Below are positions 1 to 13,361 of a stretch of DNA of 64,000 bases, one piece after another; positions within the stretch are counted from its first letter, which is position 1, and the number at the start of each line of letters is the position of its first letter. The stretch lies in contig CP154954.1 in assembly GCA_039621445.1 (NCBI GenBank), positions 2,480,001 to 2,544,000 on the forward strand, given 5' to 3'. The DNA comes from Euglena gracilis (taxonomy: Eukaryota). The notes under the pieces are model-generated. The model saw nothing but the letters and a program-made list of their open reading frames with translations. It ran no database searches and was not told the DNA's origin. A program made the translations under genes and the position numbers.

Positions 1-1142
1 TGCCATTTTTGGCGCTTGTTAGGGCAAAAAGAGTGAAAAATGCAAAAAAAGTTTTCAGCTAGAACCGCCAGAAGGAAAAACGCTTGAGTGCTGGTTACCC
101 CCCCCCCCCCCGGGTCGGTCAGGACCCCCTTGTCCAGCCAATCAGCAACTTTTTTCCAACCAGCAGCTTTTTTCCCAGCCCCGGCCCCTCCCCCCCCCCC
201 CGCCAACGAGTTTTATTTGTTTCCAGCTGCCCAAAGGGTGGCTGGACAGTAACAGATTTTTCGCTTTGGGGGGGGGGCAAAAATGGGCCAAACCCGGGCA
301 AAAAATGTGTCGGAAGAGGGCAATGATATTTTGCATAATTGGCAGTTTTTTTGGACATTTTTTGCAGTTTCGAGTTTTTGGTGCCTGGTTCAACCCGGGT
401 CCGGCCCAGTTCCAGCCCGGGACCCGGGGGGGGGGGGTCAGCCAGCAACCTTTTTCCAGGCCAGCCCAAGTTTTCCAGCCTCTGCGATGGACCCCCTTGA
501 TCCAAATGATGACCTAAAATGGCAACGGAGTGTGAGATTGCCAAAAATGTTTTTAAATAAGATAGGAAGTGTTTGTTGTTGCTTCATTTCAGATTTTGCA
601 CTCCTCCTTTGACCATGAGTGCTTGCGGATCGGAGTTCTGTTTCAACCTTTTGGAGGAAATCGATGTGCATGCAGTTCAACGCTGATTGGTGGAAATTCA
701 AAACCAGATTTTTGATTGGGAAAAAAATGGCCCCCAAAAATATGTTTCCATTGTTTCCATTTCTGTCAGCCCCTAAAAGGACTAAAATGGCCAACACCGC
801 GTTAAATGACCTAAACCCCCCTCCAAATAGCCTGGCGGGGCCCTTGCTCCTGGCGGGGGCCGAATAACCTGGCGGGGGGCAAAAAAAGATGGTTCCGGTA
901 ACTTGGCACCCCCCTTTTTAGGCAAATTCCTTCACAGCGCTGAAAAAAAAAAGAGAGCCCAAATAGCCTGGCATGGGGGAGGGGCAGGGCCAAAAGTTGG
1001 TTCCAATAACCTGGCACCCCGCCAGGGCATTGGGGGGGGGGGGTCACAATGACCTCAAATGGCCCGAAATGATCCGCCCATACGGGGCCAAAAAGTCATC
1101 TTCGGATTTTTAGGTTTTTTTACGGCATTTGGGCCACTTTAG

Positions 1143-1253
1143 GAAGTGCCGATGCCCGTGGCCCATCCCGTGCGGCGGCAGCTGGTGGCGCAGTACGCCC
1201 GGCACCCGGACTTCGACGTGGCCGACATCTTCGTGGGCAACCACAAGCGGCCT
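1143..1253 (+). CDS. Exon of a putative GT90/CAP10-like glycosyltransferase (EVPMPVAHPVRRQLVAQYARHPDFDVADIFVGNHKRP)
   Basis: GC3-rich island preceded by tttAG (1141-1142) and followed by ggc-CAG-tgctg, a nonconventional-intron-type start. Resembles by eye the R..LV...HPD..DV segment upstream of the GT90 EDH..Y.YL motif. Confidence 0.6.
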
Positions 1254-3129
1254 GGCCAGTGCTGCGGGGTTCGCCTCCGCGGGGTGGGGGTGGCGCACAA
1301 CACCGCAGAGCACACCGCGCAGAAGCAAACTCACTTCGGGCCATAACACCGAAATCCGAATTGGAAGTTCCAGCTGTTTGTTTGGGCTGTTTAGGGGGTC
1401 AAGGCTTGAAGTCAAGGAGTTTTTGGCCCAAATCCAACTCCCCCAAAATGACCCTGAAACCAAATGGGCAATTTTTAGCAAAGTACAGCATTTTTGATGT
1501 TGGTCAGTCACATGGAAATGGCCAAAAATAGTTTGGGGGGGGGTTTCAACCAAAAAAAATCGTCCCCAGCGGCTTTCATTTTTCTTCGCTGGGGGTTTAT
1601 AAATCAAGCTTTGGTTGGTCATCATGGGGGGGGGGGTTATGAGTGGGGGGGGGTATGACAGTGGGGGGATTATAACTGAAGAGGCAGTTCCCCCCCCATT
1701 TATAAACCTCCCCCCTTCGGCTGACCAACCAAACCAGATCTCATAAACCCGGGGGGTTTGTGGGTTGGGGGGTTCCGTCCATCCTTTTGAACGGAACGGG
1801 GGACAATAGCTGTGTGATTGAGAACCACCCCAAGGGCCAAGCGTTGAGGTAATGCCGAAGGGGTGGAGGAACCATGAGCGGCAGTGGAAGCAGCACCAGT
1901 GGTATGGGATGGGGTCCAATTCGGCTTAAGCGACACCCTGGTCAGGATTCCAAATTTTCCGGGGACCAAAGAAAAAAAGCCTGTTTTGCAATTGAAGATG
2001 TTGAGCGGGGCAGCCCAATTCCAACACACCATTGCCAGCTGACTTTTGGCCATTGTTTGCACCTCCCGGGAAAAGAATTTGTTCGGCGGCTGCTGCAAAA
2101 TAAGTAAAGCGCGTCAATGGAGGGAGGGGTTGGAAAACGGCTGTTGGCTGGCTGAACGCCCCCCGGATGTTTCCATGATAAGCCCGACAGAATGACTTTT
2201 AAGCCGGAGGGTACCTGCTGACACGGGGGCCGACAGCCAGCATCTTTTTTTGAACCTCGGGCGAAGGGCGGCTGGACGGTTATGGAACTTTGGCTTTCGG
2301 CGGTGCAAAACTGGGCCGAAAATGGGTGTTGATTTTTTTGGCGCCCGGTTCGACTCCACGTTGTGCCCAGTTCCAGCTGGGGGACCCGGGGGGGGAGGCT
2401 AGTCAGCCAGCATCCTTCTTCCAGCCAGCCCAAATTTTTTCCAGCCAGGGATTTTTTTAAGTTTGGACCCCCGGGGGGGGGGGGGGGGGGGGGGGGGGTC
2501 CGGCCGAGCCCCCCCGGGGGGGGGGGTCCCCCCGGAGGGGGGTGGGATATACTTTTCGGCGCCTATGGCGCCGAAAAAATTCTATTCTTAGCACTTTTCG
2601 CGATTTTTCGGCCATTTTTTTCGGCCAAATAATCCCCCCAGGCCTAGTGGTGAAAAAAATTTCGCTGGAGAAAATTTGGACCCCCAAAACCTACCAAAAT
2701 TGCAGAATTTGCGCCATTTTTAAAGTCATCAAACAAGACACATTCAAAACGTCATTTCTACCTGATGTGCAGCGCCAGAGGAATTTTTTTCCAGTCTGGG
2801 GGGGGGGCGGGTATGATGAAGAATTTACTCCAAAGAAGATAAAAATCTCCTCCGGCTGAAAAGTGTGCATATCAGGGGAGCTCTCGAGGGAACTTGCGTA
2901 TGCAACTTGTGTTTGTATGTGTGTGTGTGTGTGTTTCGGGGGGTTTTTGCTTGTTTTGTTTGTTTTTTTTGCATCGCGTTTCTTTGAAGGTCCATGTTGT
3001 GCCCCCCCCCCGGTTGTGTGTCAGGGTTTCGCCGTCAACCTCACGAAGGAGTGAGTGTGCCGTGTGCGTGGGAAATCGGCGCGGGTCCCACCCCCCCCTT
3101 CTTCACACGGGTCCGGGACAGCCCCGGCC

Positions 3130-3400
3130 GGCGGCCATCCGATGTACGCCAGCATATGGAGGACCACGCCCGCTACCGCTTCCTGCTGGACGCCCCGGCG
3201 AGAGGGGCCGGGCCCGTGGCTGGTCGGGCCGGCCTTTCCCCCGGTGTCTCGCCGCCTCTCCCGCGGCTGCTCCCGGTGCGTCTTTCCGGAAGAGGACTGG
3301 ATGCCATGTGGCGGCCCTGGGGACATTTGGAGGCGGTTGAGATTGGGCGGGGCGAGACCTTCGGCAATGGAGCTTGCGCTCGGGCTGTACTCCTGTGCAC
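3130..3400 (+). pseudogene. Frame-disrupted GT90/CAP10-like exon (PMYAS/MEDHARYRFLLDAP...GWSGR...WRPWGHL)
   Basis: Pieces resembling GT90 motifs (EDHC.Y.YL..., WSGR, RPW.H) lie in different frames. An extra AT in agc-at-atggag shifts the frame. The same lesions are in the duplicate copy. Confidence 0.5.
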
Positions 3401-3507
3401 CGTTTGCGCATTCCTCGAGTTGCGCAAATATCCAGAAATTTTTTTTGAGAAAGTGAAAGTGCATCCCCCCGTGGAACCTCCCCAAGAAACGCTGACCAGT
3501 CCTCATA

Positions 3508-5465
3508 CGAGCCGACGTATTTTGTCGCTTCGTGTCAAAAACTACGAGGAAATGGGTTGCCAGCCAAAAAAAATATCACATTGGTTTTTTACTGCTGAAT
3601 TTTATGAATTTTATGACTTTTTTTTTGACTTGCATCATTTTTATGATTTTTTGTTTTTGTTGTTGTTTTTCCGGTCGCCCAGAAATTGTTCTAAAGAAAC
3701 GTTTTTTTTTTGAGGGTCTTTGTCATGACTCATTCTGTTTCACTTGTGGTTTCTCCTCGGGGGGCTGAGGGGCCCCGCCAACACCGTCGCCCCGCTGCCC
3801 GCCCTGAAGGGCCACCTGCGGCCCTCCCTCAGGCTGTACCTCTCCCCCCCCCCGGAGCCCCTCACGTTCACCGTTCTGTGGCAGCACAACCGCAACCCAA
3901 CGAGTCAATGGCCAAATTCCCCCCCAAAACTCCCCAAGGACCCCTCCCCCCCCCCCAGGACCCCCCAAGGCAGGGTCCTGGGGAGAACTGGCCATGTGTG
4001 ACTGCAACACAGCGACGTCGTTGGAAACGGCCCAGGTGGGTCCCAGACCAAGCTGCTTTTTGACTCAGAGTCACCCTGGGCCATGGGAGTGGTGGGTGGG
4101 TCCAGGGCTGACCCTCCCCCGGGAGGTTGGTGGTCCCGCGCCCCGGGGTCTGGGTATGGGTCGAGCCGACGTATTTTGTCGCTTCGTGTCAAAAACTACG
4201 AGGAAATGGGTTGCCAGCCAAAAAAAGTATCACATTGGTTTTTTACTGCTGATTTTTATGAATTTTATGACTTTTTTTTTGACTTGCATCATTTTTATGA
4301 TTTTTTGTTTTTGTTGTTGTTTTTCCGGTCGCCCAGAAATTGTTCTAAAGAAACGTTTTTTTTTTGAGGGTCTTTGTCATGACTCATTCTGTTTCACTTG
4401 TGGTTTCTCCTCGGGGGGCTGAGGGGTCCCGCCAACACCGTCGCCCCGCTGCCCGCCCTGAAGGGCCACCTGCGGCCCTCCCTCAGGCTGTACCTCCCCC
4501 CCCCCCGGAGCCCCTCACGTTCACCGTTCTGTGGCAGCACAACCGCAACCCAACGAGTCAATGGCCAAATTCCCCCCCCAAAACTCCCCAAGGACCCCTC
4601 CCCCCTCCAGGACCCCCAAGACAGGGTCCTGGGGAGAACTGGCCATGTGTGACTGCAACACAGCGACGTCGTTGGAAACGGCCCAGGTGGGTGCCAGACC
4701 AAGCTGCTTTTTGACTCAGAGTCACCCTGGGCCATGGGAGTGGTGGGTGGGTCCAGGGCTGACCCTCCCCCGGGAGGTTGGTGGTCCCGCGCCCCGGGGT
4801 CTGGGTATGGGTCGAGCCGACGTATTTTGTCGCTTCGTGTCAAAAACTACGAGGAAATGGGTTGCCAGCCAAAAAAAGTATCACATTGGTTTTTTACTGC
4901 TGATTTTTATATTTTTTTTATGAATTTCTTTGACTTGCATCATTTTTTCGATTTTTTGTTTTTGTTGTTGATTTTCCGGTCGCCCAGAAAGTGTTCTTCA
5001 GAATTGAGGGTCTTTGTCATGACTCATTCTGTTTCACTTGTGGTTTCTCCTCGGGGGGCTGAGGGGCCCCGCAAACACCGTCGCCCCGCTGCCCGCCCTG
5101 AAGGGCCACCTGCGGCCCTCTCTCAGGCTGTTCCTCTCCCCCCCCCGGAGCCCCTCACGTTCACCGTTCTGTGGCAGCACAACCATCTGCTGCAACACGG
5201 CGACCCGCAGAACCCCGGCCATGGCCTTTTGGGTTGGTGGCGAGGAGCGGTGTTAAGTACGTGGGCCCAGGGCATGGTGAGTGTCCAGAGGGTCAAAGGA
5301 AGTGACTGAATGCATTTGGGACAGCTGAATGGAGGTTTAAAAAAAATCCCCCCGCATACTCAGGATGTGATTTCACAGGTTAATTCATCTCGTTTTCGAA
5401 GTTTTTTTTGTGAAGAAAAAATATTTTTTTGACATAATCGTCATTCTTTGCACCCTTCCTGACAA
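3508..5465 (+). repeat. ~650-bp tandem array (3 units), each with an exon-like GC-rich core
   Basis: Anchor cgagccgacgtattttgtcgcttcgtgtcaaaaac at 3508, 4162 and 4813. Confidence 0.95.
5053..5216 (+). CDS. Probable exon of unknown product (GLRGPANTVAPLPALKGHLRPSLRLFLSP(P)EPLTFTVLWQHNHLLQHGDPQNP), most complete array copy
   Basis: GC3-rich codons. Needs a homopolymer-C correction near 5140. Ends at ggc-CAT-ggcc, a putative nonconventional intron start. Confidence 0.45.
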
Positions 5466-8249
5466 TCTAATTTCTCACACAATTTCCATTTTATTATTTT
5501 TTTTATTTTTTTGCAAGGGTGGATTTATCTTCTCCCATTCGCCTCCCTCCCCCCGGAACGTGGTTGCTGTTTTTTTTTTTTGATGACGGACACACACTGG
5601 GGGGGGGGACTCCATGGGGGGTGCTTTGGCCAAGCAGTGCCAAAATGTCCAACTTTAGGTGCAAAGTCTGTCATTCCACCGTTTAGGTGGCAGGTGCCCC
5701 CCAGACTGAATTTTGAATTTTTGGTGAAATGCCCCAAACGGCCCGGAATTTGTTTGGGGGGGGGGTCCCAGCCCCCCCTCTTCAGGGGCTCGCACCGGGC
5801 TGGGTGGGGGGAACACCCCCTCTCTCTCTTCGTATACATTAATATATATATATATATCAAAAACTTTTGTTGTATTAAATAGCCCAAGTCCACTAAGAAG
5901 GAAGGTCCAAACCACCCCCCAAATGTCAGCAACCTCTCCAAATCTAAGCAGAACCAAATTTCAAGCAACCCCTGAAATTAGGTGAAAAGAAGAGAAAATG
6001 CAGGAAAACAGCAGAGTGCCCGACCATGATATACGGGAAACACGGTGGTTTCGCTGGTGTAATTCCCTCCGTTGTCTTTTTGTTGTTGCGGTTCTCAAAG
6101 GTTGAAGTCATTTTGGCATTGCGAAAATGTCCGACGAATTTTGTTGGTGCTTTATCAATGTTGAACCTGTACCGCCCCCCCACCTCCCCCCCCCCCCCCC
6201 CTCCCGCCTGGGTGGCCCTACCTGCCCACAGCCCCCCCCCAGCGTTCAAAAGAGCATTTTGGGAGCCGCTTTAGGTTCCCGAAACGTTGTCGGCATGGTG
6301 TGCCGGGACTGCTCCCCAGGTGCCCACTTGGTCGAACGTACGCTCACACACGTGCAAAAAAAGCCAGGGCCCTAGAGACCCCCAGGCTGTTTTTTTCTTC
6401 AAGGGAGGGCACACCCCCTGGAACCCCGCCCACACCCCCTGCACGACGTTTTTAAGGAAATTTTTTTACAGGAATTTTGGGCTCTTTTTAAGGGAATCGT
6501 TGTTACTCTTTTTTGGGAAACTTTGGTTAAAATCGTCTGCGAGACATTTTTTTTTTACCATTGTTGGACCGGCACCGGCAACGGGTTTCTGAAGCAGGAG
6601 GTTGCTGGGGGGGGGGGTTGGTCTGAGGCGGACTCTGCCGTGAGGCCCAGCCCGGAGGCCTGGGGATGGCTTCGGTGCAACGTGGAAAAGTTTGGTTTGG
6701 AGAATGCCTTTGGATGGCCAGATTTTCGGGGGCCCCTGGGGGTGCCACGCCGGGGCTGGCTGGCCGGTCCCTCCCCCCCCGCAGGCGGGAAGGTTTGACA
6801 CAACCTGGACAAAAATAATGATGATGGGGAAACAAAAATAAGGAAAATACATGATGGGGAATCGTCGAGCAGGTGCAAGGCGAAGCCTTCTCAACAACGC
6901 CAGAAGTAGGGTGCCATTGAACGGGCCTTGTGTGTGTGCATGTGTGCGTGTGTTTGTGCGGGGGGGCTTTATGTTCACAAACACATGTATCCCATCTGTC
7001 AAGTAGAATGTGTTAGTGCATTTGTGTGTGTTCGTGCAAAACAGTAATTTTTTTTGCCCACAGGCATCACATCACGGCTGTCCCCCCGAAGGACCAGGGC
7101 GGTGGCAAAGGCCGGAGGCGTAGGTTGGGGTTTCCTCTAGCAACTGTTCATCGTGTCCATGCATTTTGTGTACACTCCGTTTCTTTTTAATCTTGATGAT
7201 AAGTATGTTCTGTAAATATCCCACAGCAATGTCGTCACAAGTTGCTTGTACCTCACTCGATTTATATTCTCTTTTTTTAATTTGCATTTTTTGAAACTTG
7301 ATGAAAATTTCATTAGCAAACGACAAAGTCAGTCAAGTTGGAGTTTTTTCGGCTTTTGAAAGAAGACTCTCTTTGCTTTTTCCTTGTCTCACCTTTCCAA
7401 AATACCCCCCCCCAAAAGTGGGCACCCCCCACCGGTCTTTAAAAAACTCCTGCGCATGGGGCGAGTTGCCAGCGCTGATTATGGGCATCCCCCCCCAAGC
7501 CCTCTTAAGGAAATTACCTTACGGGAAAAATGAACGGGTGCCAACCCAACAAAGGTTGCTTGTCGGGGCGAAGCGGGGCCACTTTGCTCCAGGGTGCTTT
7601 TTTTTTCAATCGCCAACTTTCTTTCCTTTCTGTTCCCCGGCGACCTGCCTGACGGATTTTCAAAATTTTCACTTTCATCGCAGCAGGAAAGGAAGCTGCC
7701 ATCGCCCAGAAAGCATCTGAATTTTTGGGTATAGGGAGGGCAATGGCGAAGCGAAGACGCCATCCCTAAGAAAAGCAACCGCTCGGCCGAAATGGGGGTT
7801 TTGTGAGCCAGCCTTTTTGTTTCGAAGATGGCCCACGCCCGCTTGGGCGGTGCCCCCGAGAAGGCTCACCAGGGCCGTTCATGTTTCCTAGAGGGCCGGG
7901 AAGCCGAAATACAGGCTGTTTTTTTTTTGGAACCGCCGCGAACGAAAACGCCCTGCCGGACCGGACCGTCCCAGGCGCCACGCGGCTCACAAGTCCGACA
8001 CATTCAAAGCCGGGCGAGCAGTGCTGAAAACTCACCACTCACTAGGGCTTTCCAGAGTGTCGGCCAACCAAAATGGTGTAAATTTTTGGACTCGGCGCCC
8101 TCAAAAACCCCCTGCTGCAACCTGTCGGCGATTAACCGGACCTTGGGGTGTTCTCTCATTTGGAAGGAGGAGGACAAAAAAGTGGTGGATCTCCAGCACT
8201 CAAAAACTCAAGTTTCTTTGTGAGTTGGCAGGCCGGAAAACACACCCCA

Positions 8250-8990
8250 CATAGGTTTTTGGGGGTGCTGAGTCCAAAAAAGTGGGTCATTTTGACTCAC
8301 TTTTTGTTTTGAGAAACTCGATTTTTTCCAAATGCGACACATCTTGGCGATTTGCGCCCGAAAATTTGAGGGGAAAACCAGGAAAAACGTCCAGAAAATC
8401 ACATTTAGGTGTGAGCTGAAAATCTGCTGGGGAAAAGTGGAGGCCACTCTCCATTTTCTGGGTCGCAAAACTCAGAAAAAGTGTCAAAAAAACGTGGTTG
8501 CGTGAATTTTGCTGCGCTTTTGGGGGAAAGTGCACAAATATACTTTGTAGAAAGAGTCGCTGTTAAAAAAATAATAAAAAGTGACTTTGCCAACTGAAAA
8601 TTTCTGGGTTGCCCAACAGTTGGCACGTCAAAGTGCACCAAACACAGGTTTCTTAGGGTGCTGAATTTAAAAAAAGTGGGTCATTTCACTTAATTTTTCG
8701 TTTTGAGAAATTGGATTTTCCCCAATTGAGGGACATCTTGGCAATTGTGGCCACGAATTTTGATGGAAAAGTGTGGAAAACCGTTGGAAAATAGCTGGTG
8801 CACCGTTGGTTGAAAACGTTTGGAGGAAATTTGTGGACAACCCCCCGTTTTTTGGGTCGGCGAACTCAGAAAAGCTGTCAGAAAACAGTGGTTGCCGACT
8901 TTTCCTGGAGCATTGTGCAAAAATTGCACAATTTTCTGGGGGAACGTTTTCAAACTTTGTACAAAATCGACCACCAAACCTGGGGTTTTA
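8250..8990 (+). repeat. Diverged ~390-bp tandem duplication
   Basis: ggtgctga...aaaagtgggtcattt...ttttgagaaa...catcttggc recurs near 8265 and 8657. Confidence 0.75.
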
Positions 8991-10318
8991 AAGGTTCTGA
9001 AGGCAAAAATTTGGGTATTTGTGCTAAATTGTTTGTTCTGAAAACATGCTTTCTCCAAAAATCATGCTTTCTCCAAAATGAGGAACGTCATCCCTGAAAA
9101 CACACACACACAAAAGAGGACGATAACCACAGCGTCAGGGTTGCTGAAAAATATGGAAATTCCACGACCATTTTTCGGTCTCTGAACCTAAAACGATTGC
9201 CAGAAGATGTGGTTTTACAATTTCGCTGGTGAATTTTCCGTCAAGTTTACTGACGTTTTTTTTTTGAAAACAATATCTGCTTGTGGCACGAAGTATGCAA
9301 AGAAAAACAAGAGTGAACACAATGTGATTGTGCAATTATTTCAACAACTGACCGCACTTTAACTTCGCATTCACCTGGAGAAATGATTGCTCTCGAAACA
9401 GAAAGCCTTCCAAATGATAATTTCACCAATTTCAGACACCCAGGGGTGAATCCTTCCGAGTCTTGGTCCCCAAGGACCAAGACTCAGAAGGACTAGCCCA
9501 CACGTCTGATTTTCAGTGAACAATGAAAGAGCAAACAAAAGACGTTGCAGTGGAGGAACATACACATCATGATCCTGACAAAATTCTCTATCCATCAAGC
9601 CAACTTTCAGATCACGCATCCCTTTGGATCAGGACTTTTGGTGGTGTGGTGTGGGTGGCCGGAGCGCACGCACACCCAAAGTAGCGGAAATCTCCGCTAC
9701 GGTCTGACGTCATCTTTTGTGCGTTTCATTCCTCAGGCTCCCCTGTTTGCATGCATTCAAAATGGGCAGCAACAGCCTGAGCTCAAGTCCAAGTGTCAGG
9801 GCCCCAAAGTGCTTCTCACACATCATATACAGTCATTCATTCATTCTCATGCGTGCGTGCGTGCTCAGGTGCCAACTTTTTGGCACCTGAGCAATGGCCC
9901 CAAAATGGTTCGAAATGGCCGCTGCTTCCCCCTGACGATTTTGTTGAGGATGTTCATATTGTTTTGTTTGGACAAGACACATTTCAGAAAAAAATTAGAA
10001 GCTTTTTTTTTCTGGGCAGGCGTTTGGCAAATACCCACCAGTCTGCAAAAGTGGTCACCCCACCCTTGAGCCCCCCCCCCCCAAAGCAGAAGGGAGGAAT
10101 GGAATCCCCGAACCCTGGGCGGGCGGCGGGACCCCCCACAGCAGTGCTGATTTGGCAGGTGGAAAGTTTTCTTTCCGCGCCGAAGAACCTTCTCCTTGCT
10201 CGTTTCCATGGTGGGTGGGAGAGGTCTGATCTGACCCCCCCCACCCGAATGGTGGGGGGGTCCACCACCCCTACCCAGGCTGTGCACTAAATGAAAGTCT
10301 GGCGCGTAGTCTGGCGGC

Positions 10319-10451
10319 GGTGCCCCGGGGGCATGGGCTGTCCCGAAAGACGCTGTTCCTGATCCAATTCATGGCCCGGCAGTGCGCCGCGGTGAAGTTC
10401 GTCGCCAAGGTGGACGACGACACGTACGTCCACGTCCCGCGCCTCGCCCTT
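10319..10451 (+). CDS. Exon of a GT31 (Galactosyl_T / beta-1,3-glycosyltransferase) family protein
   Basis: Encodes LSRKTLFLIQFMARQCAAVKFVAKVDDDTYVHVPRLAL, the typical GT31 L..KT...F..K.DDD.YV...RL motif. Flanked by CTG-gcggc| and |gcc-CAG-gggc. Confidence 0.85.
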
Positions 10452-10678
10452 GCCCAGGGGCTTGCTCGCCGGAAGGGGGGCGAGATGTCTCCCTCGGGAT
10501 GACACGCCCTGCCCACCGTGCTGCTTTTTTGGCAAGGTTGGAACTTGCGACCCCCGGGTTTGGGGGGGGGGGGGTCGCGTTGCGCAGCATACCCCAAGAT
10601 CCTGAGGCGTCGGGTCCCGAAACGGCCATCTTTAAAGAGAAATCCACCGAGATCGAGGCCCAGCTGGGACCCACAAAC

Positions 10679-11086
10679 GCTGTGCGGCGTGTTGTACTGG
10701 CGGGCGGTGCTGCCCCCGGAGGGGGACCAGGGATTTCTTGGAGTTGGAACCCACGGGAGAGGGCACTCTACCCTGGGGGTCCAGTGGGGGTTTTCCTCCA
10801 TTTTTGGCGCGAAAAGCCAGAAATTTTTTTGAGCCGACCCAAAATTGACCCCCGAAATTGGGTCCCTCGGACCACTCTCCAGGGGGGGGGGGACTCTAGG
10901 TGGGTGGGTGGGTGGGGGGCAGGGGTTTTTTTTAGCCTTGGACCCTCGCCTGTGGGGTCCCAGAGGGGGGTGGGATACACTTTTTGGCACCGAAGGAAAT
11001 TTTTTGAAAAGGGTGCTATTTTTTGGCATTTTTCGCGATTTTTTTGGGTTGTGGGTTGGGTCCCGGGACCCCCCCCCCCAGGCCAG
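10679..11086 (+). repeat. Diverged copy of 22422-22802 (exon end plus most of a CAGGGATTT MITE-intron, right TIR missing)
   Basis: gctgt.cggcgtgttgtactggcgggcggtgctgcccccggagggggaccagggatttc... is shared; internal indels distinguish the copies. Confidence 0.9.
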
Positions 11087-13361
11087 AATTTTATGACTTT
11101 TTTTTTGACTTGCATCATTTTTATGATTTTTTGTTTTTGTTGTTGTTTTTCCGGTCGCCCAGAAATTGTTCTAAAGAAACGTTTTTTTTTTGAGGGTCTT
11201 TGTCATGACTCATTCTGTTTCACTTGTGGTTTCTCCTCGGGGGGCTGAGGGGCCCCGCCAACACCGTCGCCCCTGAAGGGCCACCTGCGGCCCTCCCTCA
11301 GGCTGTACCTCTCCCCCCCCCCCCGGAGCCCCTCACGTTCACCGTTCTGTGGCAGCACAACCGCAACCCAACGAGTCAATGGCCAATTTCCCCCCCAAAA
11401 CTCCCCAAGGACCCCTCCCCCCCCCAGGACCCCCCAAGACAGGGTCCTGGGGAGAACTGGCCATGTGTGACTGCAACACAGCGACGTCGTTGGAAACGGC
11501 CCAGGTGGGTGCCAGACCAAGCTGCTTTTTGACTCAGAGTCACCCTGGGCCATGGGAGTGGTGGGTGGGTCCAGGGCTGACCCTCCCCCGGGAGGTTGGT
11601 GGTCCCGCGCCCCGGCGTCTGGGTATGGGTCGAGCCGACGTATTTTGTCGCTTCGTGTCAAAAACTACGAGGAAATGGGTTGCCAGCCAAAAAAAGTATC
11701 ACATTGGTTTTTTACTGCTGATTTTTATGAATTTTATGACTTTTTTTTTGACTTGCATCATTTTTATGATTTTTTGTTTTTGTTGTTGTTTTTCCGGTCG
11801 CCCAGAAATTGTTCTAAAGAAACGTTTTTTTTTTGAGGGTCTTTGTCATGACTCATTCTGTTTCACTTGTGGTTTCTCCTCGGGGGGCTGAGGGGTCCCG
11901 CCAACACCGTCGCCCCGCTGCCCGCCCTGAAGGGCCACCTGCGGCCCTCCCTCAGGCTGTACCTCTCCCCCCCCCCCCGAGCCCCCTCCGTTCCCCGTTC
12001 TTTGGCCGCACAAACGAAAACCAAACGAGTCAATGGCCAAATTCCCCCCCAAAACTCCCCAAGGACCCCTCCCCCCTCCAGGACCCCCAAGACAGGGTCC
12101 TGGGGAGAACTGGCCATGTGTGACTGCAACACAGCGACGTCGTTGGAAACGGCCCAGGTGGGTGCCAGACCAAGCTGCTTTTTGACTCAGAGTCACCCTG
12201 GGCCATGGGAGTGGTGGGTGGGTCCAGGGCTGACCCTCCCCCGGGAGGTTGGTGGTCCCGCGCCCCGGGGTCTGGGTATGGGTCGAGCCGACGTATTTTG
12301 TCGCTTCGTGTCAAAAACTACGAGGAAATGGGTTGCCAGCCAAAAAAAGTATCACATTGGTTTTTTACTGCTGATTTTTATGAATTTTATGAATTTCTTT
12401 GACTTGCATCATTTTTTCGATTTTTTGTTTTTGTTGTTGATTTTCCGGTCGCCCAGAAAGTGTTCTTCAGAATTGAGGGTCTTTGTCATGACTCATTCTG
12501 TTTCACTTGTGGTTTCTCCTCGGGGGGCTGAGGGGCCCCGCAAACACCGTCGCCCCGCTGCCCGCCCTGAAGGGCCACCTGCGGCCCTCTCTCAGGCTGT
12601 TCCTCTCCCCCCCCCGGAGCCCCTCACGTTCACCGTTCTGGTGGGTGGGTCCAGGGCTGACCCTCCCCCGGGAGGTTGGTGGTCCCGCGCCCCGGGGTCT
12701 GGGTATGGGTCGAGCCGACGTATTTTGTCGCTTCGTGTCAAAAACTACGAGGAAATGGGTTGCCAGCCAAAAAAAGTATCACATTGGTTTTTTACTGCTG
12801 ATTTTTATGAATTTTATGAATTTCTTTGACTTGCATCATTTTTTCGATTTTTTGTTTTTGTTGTTGATTTTCCGGTCGCCCAGAAAGTGTTCTTCAGAAT
12901 TGAGGGTCTTTGTCATGACTCATTCTGTTTCACTTGTGGTTTCTCCTCGGGGGGCTGAGGGGCCCCGCAAACACCGTCGCCCCGCTGCCCGCCCTGAAGG
13001 GCCACCTGCGGCCCTCTCTCAGGCTGTTCCTCTCCCCCCCCCGGAGCCCCTCACGTTCACCGTTCTGTGGCAGCACAACCATCTGCTGCAACGCGGCGAC
13101 CCGCAGAACCCCGGCCATGGCCTTTTGGGTTGGTGGCGAGGAGCGGTGTTAAGTACGTGGGCCCAGGGGATGGTGAGTGTCCAGAGGGTCAAAGGAAGTG
13201 ACTGAATGCATTTGGGACAGCTGAATGGAGGTTTAAAAAAAATCCCCCCGCATACTCAGGATGTGATTTCACAGGTTAATTCATCTCGTTTTCGAAATTT
13301 TTTTTGTGAAGAAAAAATATTTTTTTGACATAATCGTCATTCTTTGCACCCTTCCTGACAA
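11087..13361 (+). repeat. Second cluster of the ~650-bp array (partial unit plus 3 anchors, one shortened unit)
   Basis: Anchors at 11631, 12284 and 12711. Downstream flank matches ~5190-5465 up to cccttcctgacaa. Confidence 0.92.

Larger units (their letters stand above)
1..8473 (+). repeat. Segmental duplication, copy 1 (runs off the window start); partner at 26029-35142
   Basis: Window start tgccatttttggcgcttgttagg recurs at 26029. Colinearity continues to ...gggtcgcaaaactc (8473 / 35142). Differences are mostly homopolymer lengths. Confidence 0.95.

Noticed and set aside
6270-8015. Several small GC-rich exon-like patches
   Set aside because: Frame and boundaries are ambiguous and no motif is recognisable; may be exons but cannot be supported.
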